A stretch of DNA of 16,822 bases from Candidatus Iainarchaeum sp. Lineage in GTDB: Archaea; Iainarchaeota; Iainarchaeia; Iainarchaeales; JAZDDZ01. The stretch is taken from positions 1 through 16,822 of the forward strand of contig JAZDDZ010000037.1 in assembly GCA_043809245.1 (NCBI GenBank), read 5' to 3'. The notes below the pieces were generated by a model. It saw nothing but the letters and a program-made list of their open reading frames with translations. It did not search any database and was not told the DNA's origin. Each line of letters begins with the position of its first letter. The first letter of the stretch is position 1. Below, one piece after another: positions 1-7,862 of this stretch. The position numbers and the translations under genes were made by a program.

Positions 1-139
1 AACCAGGCTGGCACACACTCAAAAGAACCACCGCCAACACCTACTACTCCACACTCACCGACTACAAAAAAGCAACCACAAAACAAGCTCACAAAAAAAG
101 ACTCACCAAAATGTTCAAATACATAAGTCATTGACTATA
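1..139 (+). mobile_element. 3' end of an IS630/Tc1-mariner-like insertion sequence (truncated by window start)
   Basis: Carries the transposase C-terminus (3..134). The stop is followed immediately by CTATA (135-139), consistent with the TA target/terminus of IS630 elements. Composition is strongly A+C skewed (96 of the first 120 nt) and changes abruptly after about 140. Confidence 0.65.
3..134 (+). CDS. IS630-family transposase, C-terminal fragment (partial, not in ORF track)
   Basis: Frame 3 reads (E)PGWHTLKRTTANTYYSTLTDYKKATTKQAHKKRLTKMFKYISH*. The start matches the end of the IS630 'NPIExxWxxLKR' motif around the catalytic Glu. Confidence 0.65.
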   Translation, partial: PGWHTLKRTTANTYYSTLTDYKKATTKQAHKKRLTKMFKYISH

Positions 140-220
140 GAATGAATATTTTCTTTAAATCCATTGTAAGAGAAACGAATCAGGGAAATAAATATGTTTT
201 GCTTGCATATTTCTTAGATT

Positions 221-937
221 ATGGCTCAGGAAATCCAAATGGTTTCAGCGAAAGAATACGGGGAAAAGCTGAAGCTAAAGCACTTTGACATTGTCATGGC
301 TTCCTTTGTCGCGGTGCTCTTGATTTCAAACATCGCCTCCACTAAAATAATGCAGTTTTTTTTGTTCCAGTTTGACGGAGGAACACTCCTTTTCCCGCTT
401 TCATACATTTTCGGCGACATCCTCACAGAGGTTTATGGTTACAGGAAAAGCAGGAAAGTCATCTGGTTTGGCTTCATTGCAACGGCTTTCATGTCCATTT
501 ACCTTGCATTGGTTGGATGGCTTCCCCCTGCCGCGGGATGGGAAAATCAGGCAGCATATGACGCTGTCCTTGGCTTGGTTCCACGCATTGTTTTGGCTTC
601 GCTGATTGCTTACTTTGCGGGGGAATTCTCCAATTCATTTGTGCTCGCGAAAATGAAGATTTGGAGCAGGGGAAAAAACCTTTACCAGAGGACAATTGGC
701 TCAACTATTATCGGCGAGGGAATTGACACTCTTTTGTTTGTTTTGATTGCCTTTTACGGCGTGCTCGGCCCGGAGCTATTGCTTGCCGTATTTTTGTCCA
801 ACTATGTTTTCAAGGTCGGAGTGGAAGTCCTTGCAACGCCTTTCACTTACAAAATAGTCGGCTTCCTCAAGCGCGAGGAAGGCGTTGACCTGTATGATAT
901 AGGAACGGATTTCAATCCATTCACTCTCGGCAAATGA
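221..937 (+). CDS. yhhQ: Queuosine/7-deazaguanine precursor transporter (YhhQ/VUT, DUF165 family)
   Basis: About 6 hydrophobic segments and family motifs 'SNIASTK', 'GTLLFPLSYIFGDILTEVYGY', 'PRIVLASLIAYFAGEFSN', 'RTIGSTIIGEGIDT', plus a C-terminal 'D-x-Y-D-x-x-T-D-F-N-P-F'. Confidence 0.9.
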   Translation: MAQEIQMVSAKEYGEKLKLKHFDIVMASFVAVLLISNIASTKIMQFFLFQFDGGTLLFPLSYIFGDILTEVYGYRKSRKVIWFGFIATAFMSIYLALVGWLPPAAGWENQAAYDAVLGLVPRIVLASLIAYFAGEFSNSFVLAKMKIWSRGKNLYQRTIGSTIIGEGIDTLLFVLIAFYGVLGPELLLAVFLSNYVFKVGVEVLATPFTYKIVGFLKREEGVDLYDIGTDFNPFTLGK

Positions 938-940
938 TTT

Positions 941-1348
941 TCATTTTTTTGAGAGCTTTTTGACTATTTCACGCAGCATTTTTTCGTGCTGCACTTCCTG
1001 CCTTGCGATTTTTCTCAGCGTGGGCGCATACTTTTTGTCATTGAGATTTTTTACCTGCTCCGAATAGGTTTTTTCCGCCAGAACCTCTTCCTTGAGCCCG
1101 TCTTCAAGCAGCTTGTTAAGCTCTAAAGGGGATAACTTCCTTTCCGCCAATGCAAGCTCTATCTGCAGCCCGTGAATGAATTTTCTCATCGTTGTCGCAT
1201 GCCACTCGGATTGTTCAATGAGCTTTGAGAATGTTTTTTTTACATCTTTTTCCCCTATCCGCTCCATGTACTCCTCGTAGAAGGCAATCAGCCAGAGCTC
1301 TATATCCAGGTCTTTCTTGAACATTTCCAGCATTTCTTTTTTCTCCAT
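941..1348 (-). CDS. Ferritin-like/rubrerythrin-like four-helix protein
   Basis: Two repeats of E-x6-Y...(E/S)xxH (ELWLIAFY...SEWH and EVLAEKTY...EVQH). ATG 1348 preferred because it follows SD-like GGTGGTGA; the alternative is GTG 1357. Confidence 0.75.
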   Translation of the reverse strand: MEKKEMLEMFKKDLDIELWLIAFYEEYMERIGEKDVKKTFSKLIEQSEWHATTMRKFIHGLQIELALAERKLSPLELNKLLEDGLKEEVLAEKTYSEQVKNLNDKKYAPTLRKIARQEVQHEKMLREIVKKLSKK

Positions 1349-1357
1349 TTTCACCAC

Positions 1358-1903
1358 CTATAGCCTTATCACCTTATCGCAAAATTCAGATATAACCTCT
1401 ATCATGTGTTCGTCGTCTTTTTCGTCAAGCGAAATGATTACGCCATCCATCCCGAGAAGCCGCATCCTTCCCGAAAGGAAGTGCACAAATTTTTCAACCG
1501 AGTTCGCGGAATTGTAAATCATGAGCGCGGAAACAGAGTCAAGGAACAAAAGCCTTTTCCTGCCCCTTGTCCTTTCAACAAGCTTTGTCAACGCAATGGA
1601 AATGGAAGTAAGGTCAGAGGGGGAGTTAACTAACAAAACGTTTTTCTTCCTGTCAAGCATTTCATTGGAAAGAAAGCTCGCGCAGTCAACGAAAAAAAAC
1701 TTTTCACAGGCAATGCCTCTGCCCTCGAATTTTTCAGACATAAGCTTGCAGGGCCTGTTGACTGAAATGTAAATAATTGAATAACCCTGCTTGATAAAGC
1801 GCCTTACAAGCTCAAGATTAAGGTCATCGTACTTGCTTTGCGGGGTAATGACAAGTGTGATTCCCCTAACTTCATCCAGTTTCGCGAAATCCACTTCTTC
1901 CAT
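1358..1903 (-). CDS. Degenerate RecA/KaiC-like P-loop-fold protein (DUF835/DUF7504-like, no Walker A)
   Basis: Motifs 'IIYISVNRP', 'FFFVDC', 'SPSDLTSISIAL', Walker-B-like 'LLFLDSVSALMIYN' and terminal 'CDKVIRL', typical of archaeal inactivated KaiC-like domains. No GxxGxGKT motif. Confidence 0.75.
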   Translation of the reverse strand: MEEVDFAKLDEVRGITLVITPQSKYDDLNLELVRRFIKQGYSIIYISVNRPCKLMSEKFEGRGIACEKFFFVDCASFLSNEMLDRKKNVLLVNSPSDLTSISIALTKLVERTRGRKRLLFLDSVSALMIYNSANSVEKFVHFLSGRMRLLGMDGVIISLDEKDDEHMIEVISEFCDKVIRL

Positions 1904-2008
1904 GCAATAAAAGAAAAAGCCAGTTCGTTATTTAATGGTTTCCGAATAAACCCCTCGGCTTAGTTTCTGCAAAAAGTATTTTAACCTCTCAAACCATTAA
2001 TTTAACAC

Positions 2009-2569
2009 ATGGCTGAAAAAGAACTGCCAAAAGTAAAGCTTGTGCCTTTCGGCGAAAGGCTCTCAGATGGGCGAAGAGTTACTGCTGAGCTTATCCTGCA
2101 GATAGAAAAACAGATGCCTAAAGGCGAAATCGCGACAAGTTATGACCCTATAACAAAAAAAGAGCTTGATGAACAAATTCCCCGGGGGCGAAAATATTAC
2201 TTTATTGAAAACAACAAGGGTGAGCAAATAGGAATTATCGCGGCACGCTTTTTTAAGCCAGAGAAAAGCATGTGGAGCGGCAGGGCGAGGATTCTGCCAG
2301 GATTCAGGGGAAAGGGATATGCAACCGCTACATACAAAAAAATAGATGAAAAAGCAGAAGAAGCAGGTGCAGAAAAAAGTATCGGGGTAATATTCAGAAA
2401 AAACATTGCATCAAGAAAGGCAGCAAAAAGGAGTGGCTCAAAAATAGACTGGCCATTAACTATTCTAGCACAACGCAGCAACCTTCGCGGAGACGGCTGG
2501 AAATATCTGCGAGAACTTTTTAAATTAAATCCTTATCTTGGCTACTCCAAGCGGTTGCACAGAAAATAG
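2009..2569 (+). CDS. GNAT-family N-acetyltransferase
   Basis: Acetyl-CoA binding motif A 'ILPGFRGKGYAT' and motif B 'RKNIASRKAAKRSG'. TATA-like TATTTTAA lies about 25 nt upstream. Confidence 0.8.
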   Translation: MAEKELPKVKLVPFGERLSDGRRVTAELILQIEKQMPKGEIATSYDPITKKELDEQIPRGRKYYFIENNKGEQIGIIAARFFKPEKSMWSGRARILPGFRGKGYATATYKKIDEKAEEAGAEKSIGVIFRKNIASRKAAKRSGSKIDWPLTILAQRSNLRGDGWKYLRELFKLNPYLGYSKRLHRK

Positions 2570-2577
2570 GTAAAAAA

Positions 2578-3054
2578 TTATTGTTTTAGAATAGCCGCCG
2601 GAACCCCGCCAACCATTGCTCCCGCGGGAACATCCTTGTTCACCATAGAGCACGCTGAAACCACTGCTCCGTCGCCGATGGAAACGCCTGCAAGAATTGT
2701 GCAGTTCGCTCCGATGACAACGTTTTTTCCGATGCTGACTTTGCCTGTGCGGTATTCCTTCAGCAAAAACTCGTGCGCCAAAATAGTTGCATTGTAGCCG
2801 ATTAATGAATTCTCGCCTATTTCAATCAAGTCAGGCCAGAAAATGTCAAACTGCACCGCAAGGCCGACTGAAACGTTTGCAGCGATTTTCATTCCCGTAA
2901 GGCGTAAAAGAAATCGTTTAATTGCCAGCGAAGGCATGTATTTTGAAAGGAAAATCACGAAAAAATTAAACACAACCGCAACAGGATTCTTTGCCTTCCA
3001 CCAGTAGGTTAAAGAATTCGGCCAGTCAACTTTAACAACTTTCAATTCCCTCAT
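2578..3054 (-). CDS. yvoF: Hexapeptide-repeat O-acetyltransferase, YvoF-like
   Basis: Start reassigned to ATG 3054 (MRELKVV...) because the longer ORF overlaps the HAM1 gene. Left-handed beta-helix repeats are present, and 'NSL', 'NFFVI', 'DIFWPDLIEIGENSLIGYNATILAHEFLLKEYRTGKV' closely follow B. subtilis YvoF as recalled. Confidence 0.8.
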   Translation of the reverse strand: MRELKVVKVDWPNSLTYWWKAKNPVAVVFNFFVIFLSKYMPSLAIKRFLLRLTGMKIAANVSVGLAVQFDIFWPDLIEIGENSLIGYNATILAHEFLLKEYRTGKVSIGKNVVIGANCTILAGVSIGDGAVVSACSMVNKDVPAGAMVGGVPAAILKQ

Positions 3055-3083
3055 TGCCTTCAAAGAATCGTTCAGGGGAAATG

Positions 3084-3093
3084 AATTTAAATT
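3084..3093. promoter_or_regulatory. Palindromic TATA box (AATTTAAATT) between divergent yvoF-like and HAM1 genes
   Basis: The TTTAAA core (3086-3091) lies about 32 nt from ATG 3054 and about 22 nt from ATG 3113 in a 58-nt intergenic region. Confidence 0.55.
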
Positions 3094-3112
3094 AAAGCAA
3101 GCCAATGCAATT

Positions 3113-4075
3113 ATGCCGGAAAACAAAAGGCTTTTCATCTGCACTTCCAACAAGCACAAGGTGCGGGAAATCCGCGAGATTCTGAAGCCCGTTGGCGTGG
3201 AGCTGGTGCAGAAAAAACTGCCAATAAGCGAGCCTGATTTTGAAAGCATTGAAGAGGTCGCGATACACAAGGCAAAGGAAGCGTATGCAAAGGTTGGAAA
3301 GCCCTTGATTGCGGAGGACACGGGAATCTACTTTGGCGCATACAAAAATTTTCCCGGGCACTTGGCGAAAAGAGTTTGGGTTTCAATCGGCTTTGACGGC
3401 TTGTTCCGCCTGCTGAAGGGAAAAAAAAGAACGGCAAGCTTCAAGGTAGTCATTTGCTTTATTTGGGGAAAAAACAAATTCAAATTGTTCTCCGGAGAGC
3501 TGCATGGAAAAATCCTTTCACGCGCCGTTAAGCCTAAAGCGGACAGGCTGCCTTACGAAAAAATCTTTGTTCCAAACGGGCACAAAAAGGCAGTCGTGGA
3601 AATGGGTTTGCGTGAAAAAAATGAAATCAGCCACAGGGCGGTTGCAGCGAAAAAATTAGCGAAATGGCTGGAGAGAGGGAGAAAAATGGCTTTGACACAA
3701 AGAAGGCGCGTGAATTCAAGGGCAAGAAAAGCAGTAGCTGCATCTTTAAGGCATGCCGATAAAAAGCGCGATTCAAAAATATTGGCGCCCTCAAAGAATT
3801 TTTATGCAATAGCAGCAAGTGATGCAGCAAAAAAACTAGGTTTAACAAAATCTCAAAAAATAGCATTATACAAGCTAATGAGGGCAGGGGAAAATATGGA
3901 AAAAATACTTCCGCTTAAAGAAGTATTCAAAATTTTGGGAAGCGAAAAAGGGGCTGTTTTTTACGCTACATTTATTCAAGGAATCAAAGAAATTAATCTT
4001 GTTCTTAAAAGAGAAACGAAAAAAGCATTAAACCAAACAAAAAGGAAGATTACCGGCCACAATGCGAGAAATTAG
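3113..4075 (+). CDS. rdgB: Non-canonical purine NTP pyrophosphatase (HAM1/RdgB, aa 1-190) fused in-frame to a ~129-aa basic domain
   Basis: Motifs 'TSNKHKVRE', 'AEDTG', 'FPG', 'KNEISHRAVA'. The extension begins at internal Met192 (ATG 3686). Confidence 0.85.
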   Translation: MPENKRLFICTSNKHKVREIREILKPVGVELVQKKLPISEPDFESIEEVAIHKAKEAYAKVGKPLIAEDTGIYFGAYKNFPGHLAKRVWVSIGFDGLFRLLKGKKRTASFKVVICFIWGKNKFKLFSGELHGKILSRAVKPKADRLPYEKIFVPNGHKKAVVEMGLREKNEISHRAVAAKKLAKWLERGRKMALTQRRRVNSRARKAVAASLRHADKKRDSKILAPSKNFYAIAASDAAKKLGLTKSQKIALYKLMRAGENMEKILPLKEVFKILGSEKGAVFYATFIQGIKEINLVLKRETKKALNQTKRKITGHNARN

Positions 4076-4076
4076 C

Positions 4077-5258
4077 TTATTTTTTTTCTTTCACCAGGGT
4101 CAATGACAAAGCCGCAGCAGCGGTTAAAGCGATTGCGAAAATGAACGGAGCGTGCCTTCCGAATGAAAGCCATAACGCGCCTGCAATAACTGACGCGGGA
4201 AGCGCTGCCAGGCCGTAAACCAATTGGAATGCACCGAGGCCTGTTGCACGGGTTTCTTCAGGGGAAAGCTCTGCTGCAAAGGTTTTCTGCACTGGTTCAA
4301 GCGCTGCCCTGTGCAGGCCCAGCAAAACGAAAAGAAAAAATATAACCAAAAGGGAATTAGTGAATGCAAAGCCAATCGCCATCAGCGCGTAGAAAGCATA
4401 AGAAATGTAAAGCACTTTTTTTCTGCCAATCCTGTCCGCGAGCTTTCCAAAGTAAAGCGAGAAAATTGCAGCGCACAAGGTGAAAACAAGGTACAGCACG
4501 GGAATGAACACGGCTTGATAGCCCGCATCATTTGCCGCCAGAAGCAAAAAAGAATAGCTGAAAGCCGCAAGCGAGAAAAGCGTGCTGGAGAAAACAAAGA
4601 GCTTAAAGTCACGCGAAAGGTTTTTGAATGAAAAGCCCTTGAATATTTTTCCAGCTTTTCTGTCCTTGATGAAAACAAAAATCAGCGCAGCGCCAATAAA
4701 TGAAGGAATTGCAGCAAGCAGGAAAATTGTTGGAAGGGGCAGAAAATTGACAAGAATTATTGCAAGGATTATTCCGACAACAGCGCCGCCGTTGTCCGCT
4801 GCCCTTAAGAGCCCAAAGTGTGTGCCCCTGTTCTCATGGGTGGATACATCGGCGACAATCGCGTCACGGGGGGCGCCACGCATTTTTCCGGCACGGTCAA
4901 GTATTTTTAAGGGCACCAATTGCTGCCAAGCTGTTGAAAAAGCGTATCCAAGGCGTGAAAATCCACCCGCCAAATAGCCTATCCAGATGAATGGCTTGCG
5001 CCGCTGCCACTTATCAGAGTAATAGCCTGAAATGCCCTGTGAAATTGATACAAGCGCATCCCCCAAGCCGTCAATCAGCCCCAAAGCAGCAACATTTGCG
5101 CCTAAAACACTTGTTACAAATAACGGCCAAAGGGGATAAATCATGTCAGAGCCCAAGTCGTTGAAAAAAGAGGCAATTGAGAAGACCTTTACAGTGCGCT
5201 TTACTTCTTTTTCATCAGGCGTTGGTTCAACTTTTTCAGAATTCTTTGGCCAAGCCAT
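4077..5258 (-). CDS. MFS transporter
   Basis: About 12 hydrophobic segments. MFS motif A appears twice ('GYYSDKWQRRK', 'GKLADRIGRKK'), plus 'DRAGKMRGAPRDA'. Start set at ATG 5258, 5 nt after the trxB stop. Confidence 0.9.
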   Translation of the reverse strand: MAWPKNSEKVEPTPDEKEVKRTVKVFSIASFFNDLGSDMIYPLWPLFVTSVLGANVAALGLIDGLGDALVSISQGISGYYSDKWQRRKPFIWIGYLAGGFSRLGYAFSTAWQQLVPLKILDRAGKMRGAPRDAIVADVSTHENRGTHFGLLRAADNGGAVVGIILAIILVNFLPLPTIFLLAAIPSFIGAALIFVFIKDRKAGKIFKGFSFKNLSRDFKLFVFSSTLFSLAAFSYSFLLLAANDAGYQAVFIPVLYLVFTLCAAIFSLYFGKLADRIGRKKVLYISYAFYALMAIGFAFTNSLLVIFFLFVLLGLHRAALEPVQKTFAAELSPEETRATGLGAFQLVYGLAALPASVIAGALWLSFGRHAPFIFAIALTAAAALSLTLVKEKK

Positions 5259-5263
5259 TAAAT

Positions 5264-6187
5264 TCACTTTTTTTGGACAGCCATTGCGCCAAGGTACTCC
5301 CATGCGCTTTTGGCTGCAAGGCTTCCGGTTGCAGTGCCCCAAATGACCTGCTTGAATTTGTGGTTAATGATGTCGCCTGCAGCGAAAATTCCGGGAACAT
5401 TTGTCTGCATTAGCCCGTCAACCATTATCTGGCCCCAGTCATCGCATTTAACCCCCAGTGAAAGTGCAAGCCCGTTTTCTGCTATGTGCCCGATGTCAAT
5501 GAATACTCCGTCAACCTTCAATTCTTTTCCGTTATCAAATTTTAATTTTTCCACGGAGTTTTTTCCCTCTATTGCGGCGACGTTTGTCTTGTTGATGATT
5601 TCAATCTTTTTGTTTGCAAGAACCCTTTCCTTGTTTATTGGCTCGGGCCTTATGTCGTCGCCCCTGTAAATAATGTAAACTTTTTTCGCATACTCAGCGC
5701 AAAGCAATGCCTCTTTTGCCGCTGAATCGCTTCCACCGATAACCGCAACTGTTTTGCCTTCAAACAATGGCGCATCGCACGTGGCGCAGTAGTTGACGCC
5801 CTTATACCTTAACTCTTTTTCGCCCGGCACATTCAATTCCTTGTGCCTTGAGCCCGTGGCAAAAATAATTGTTTTCGCGTTAAAGCTTCCCTCTGTTTTT
5901 GTATTTAATTCAAATCCGTTTGCTGTTTTTTTTGCTTCCGCAACGCGGTCGTGAATGACTGTAACGCCTGCAGCTTTCACATGCTCTTTGAATTTTCCCA
6001 TTAACTCCAAGCCGCTTGCCTTGATTGTTCCAGCGTAATTCTCAATGATGTTTGTCTCGGTAATCATCCCCCCGTTAATCTCGCCCAAGACAAGGGTTTT
6101 GAGGCGGTAGCGCGCTGCATAAATCGCGGCGCCATAACCAGTTGGCCCGGAGCCGACAATTATTAAGTCAAAGTTTTTTTCATCCAT
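5264..6187 (-). CDS. trxB: Thioredoxin-disulfide reductase
   Basis: FAD motif GSGPTG, 'ATG', redox-active CATC, NAD(P)H motif GGSDSA, and 'TNVPGIFAAGD'. Confidence 0.92.
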   Translation of the reverse strand: MDEKNFDLIIVGSGPTGYGAAIYAARYRLKTLVLGEINGGMITETNIIENYAGTIKASGLELMGKFKEHVKAAGVTVIHDRVAEAKKTANGFELNTKTEGSFNAKTIIFATGSRHKELNVPGEKELRYKGVNYCATCDAPLFEGKTVAVIGGSDSAAKEALLCAEYAKKVYIIYRGDDIRPEPINKERVLANKKIEIINKTNVAAIEGKNSVEKLKFDNGKELKVDGVFIDIGHIAENGLALSLGVKCDDWGQIMVDGLMQTNVPGIFAAGDIINHKFKQVIWGTATGSLAAKSAWEYLGAMAVQKK

Positions 6188-6253
6188 AAAAAAATCACAT
6201 TAAAAATAAGAATAATTCACTTTAAAGCATTTGCGCAATCAGTTAATTTTTAC

Positions 6254-6337
6254 GCAGGGGTAGGGAAGAGGCCAAACCCGGCAGCTTTAGGAGCTGCTCG
6301 CTTAGTGCGTTCCCAGGTTCGAATCCTGGCCCCTGCA
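6254..6337 (+). tRNA. tRNA-Leu(UAG)
   Basis: Acceptor stem GCAGGGG/CCCCTGC with discriminator A. Anticodon arm GCAGC-TT-TAG-GA-GCTGC, long variable arm, T arm CCAGG-TTCGAAT-CCTGG. No encoded CCA. TTTAAA box at 6221-6226. Confidence 0.95.
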
Positions 6338-6339
6338 AT

Positions 6340-7074
6340 TTATCCTTCCATGCACTTCAATATGCCGTAAACTGTTTTGATGAATTCTTTTGATGTCCTT
6401 TTCCTGGGCTGCGGCATTTCAAGGCGGAATTCTTTTACGATTTTTCCGGGCGAAGGCGACATCACGAGAATCCTGTCTGAAAGCTGCACTGCCTCCTCTA
6501 TGTCGTGCGTAACCATAAGCGCAGTAGCTTTTCTTTTTTTAAGCTCCTGAAGGATTTCCTGACCAAGCTTGGCTCTTGTAATGCGGTCAACGGATGCAAG
6601 GGGCTCGTCAAGCAATATAACTTCCGGGCCGCTGATTAATGCCCTTGCAAGAGCTGTTTTCTGGCTCATCCCCCCGGACAACTGGCTGGGGAAAGACTCT
6701 GCGAAATTCAGGAGGCTAAATGATTCTAGAAGCTCATTAACATTACTTATCGAATCAGGGCTGTTGATTGAATTCAGCCCAAAGGCAATGTTTTCCCTGA
6801 CAGTCTTCCAGGGAAGAAGCCTTGCCTCCTGAAACACCACGCCGCAGCCGCTTGAAGGCCCCGCCACATCAATTCCATTAAGGGCAATTTTGCCCTCAAA
6901 TTCCCTGTCAAGCCCCGAAATTATCTTCAACAGGGTGCTTTTTCCGCAGCCGCTCGGCCCAAGAATTGATATGAATTCGCCTGAATTTACCTCAAAGCTG
7001 CTTTCGCCCAAAGCATGGACAAAAGGCCTGCCGGAATAAACTTTTTTCTCCACGCTGACAGCCAGTTTATGCAT
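6340..7074 (-). CDS. ABC transporter ATP-binding subunit, SsuB/TauB (nitrate/sulfonate/taurine) family
   Basis: Walker A GPSGCGKST, 'VFQEARLLPWKTV', signature LSGGM, Walker B ILLDEP, H-loop VTHD. Start set at ATG 7074, immediately after the permease stop. Confidence 0.9.
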   Translation of the reverse strand: MHKLAVSVEKKVYSGRPFVHALGESSFEVNSGEFISILGPSGCGKSTLLKIISGLDREFEGKIALNGIDVAGPSSGCGVVFQEARLLPWKTVRENIAFGLNSINSPDSISNVNELLESFSLLNFAESFPSQLSGGMSQKTALARALISGPEVILLDEPLASVDRITRAKLGQEILQELKKRKATALMVTHDIEEAVQLSDRILVMSPSPGKIVKEFRLEMPQPRKRTSKEFIKTVYGILKCMEG

Positions 7075-7075
7075 T

Positions 7076-7861
7076 CTATTCACCCTTAAACGAAGTTCTC
7101 CATTTGGTGAACCATTTCTCGGCTTTTTCAAGGTAATTGTCGGAAAGCTTTCCCCATATGCCAATTGCAATCATTCCGACAAGCATGTCGTCTGCCCTAG
7201 AAAAATTTCTTGCATCCCAGATAAGCCAGCCCAAGCCGTTTGAGGCAACAATTATCTCCCCGGCAATAAGCAGAATCCATGAAAGCGCAAGTGCAATTCG
7301 CAACCCGGAAAAAATTGAAGGAAGCGCGGAAGGAAGCAGCACATCTGAAATAAGCTGCCTGCGTTTCTTGGCGTAAGAATGCGACAACTCAATGAATTTC
7401 TGGTCAGTGGACCTGATTCCCTGAACCGCGGCAAAGTAAACCACGAAAAAAACGCCAATGGCAATAAGCCCTATTTTTGACGCCTCGTCAATTCCAAGGA
7501 AAATAATCAATAACGGCGTCCAGGCAATTGCGGGAATTGGCGCGAGCGCCTGCATTGTGGGGGAAAAAAACGCTTCCCCAGCCTTATAAACGCCGACAAT
7601 TGTTCCGAGAATTATTCCAAGCAATGCCCCAATAACAAAGCCCGCGGCAAGCCTTGAAATGCTTATTGCGGAATGCAGCAAAAGCTTGCCGTTGAAAAGC
7701 AAAACAAAAAAACCAACCGCGGTTTCATAGGGGCTTGCAATAAGCGCCCTTGGGAAAACGCCTGAATCCACGGCAATTTCCCAAAGAAAAATTATGGCTA
7801 GTGGAAGCGCCAGGGAAAGCACTATGCCCTTGGCTCTGCGGGAAATAATGCCTTTGCCCAT
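7076..7861 (-). CDS. ABC transporter permease, SsuC/TauC family
   Basis: Motifs 'PIPAIAWTPL', 'LLPSALPSIFSGLR', 'W-x-x-L-I-A-G-E', 'GLGWLI'. Start ATG 7861 is adjacent to the binding-protein stop. Confidence 0.9.
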   Translation of the reverse strand: MGKGIISRRAKGIVLSLALPLAIIFLWEIAVDSGVFPRALIASPYETAVGFFVLLFNGKLLLHSAISISRLAAGFVIGALLGIILGTIVGVYKAGEAFFSPTMQALAPIPAIAWTPLLIIFLGIDEASKIGLIAIGVFFVVYFAAVQGIRSTDQKFIELSHSYAKKRRQLISDVLLPSALPSIFSGLRIALALSWILLIAGEIIVASNGLGWLIWDARNFSRADDMLVGMIAIGIWGKLSDNYLEKAEKWFTKWRTSFKGE

Positions 7862-7862
7862 T

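Noticed and set aside
140-220. preQ1 riboswitch upstream of yhhQ
   Set aside because: No preQ1-I stem-loop with an A-rich tail, and the TATA spacing implies a leaderless transcript.
1358-1360. Genome-wide UAG recoding (Pyl or alternative code)
   Set aside because: Other genes end properly at UAG (2569, 4075, 7076, 10183), and long ORFs contain no internal UAG.
1932-2000. 10-bp inverted repeat TTAATGGTTT / AAACCATTAA
   Set aside because: AT-rich, 49 nt apart, and overlapping promoter elements. No target duplication or other support for a MITE.
3055-3321. N-terminal 89 aa of the 247-aa acetyltransferase ORF
   Set aside because: It overlaps the HAM1 gene antisense and spans the promoter. Homology begins at Met90 (3054).
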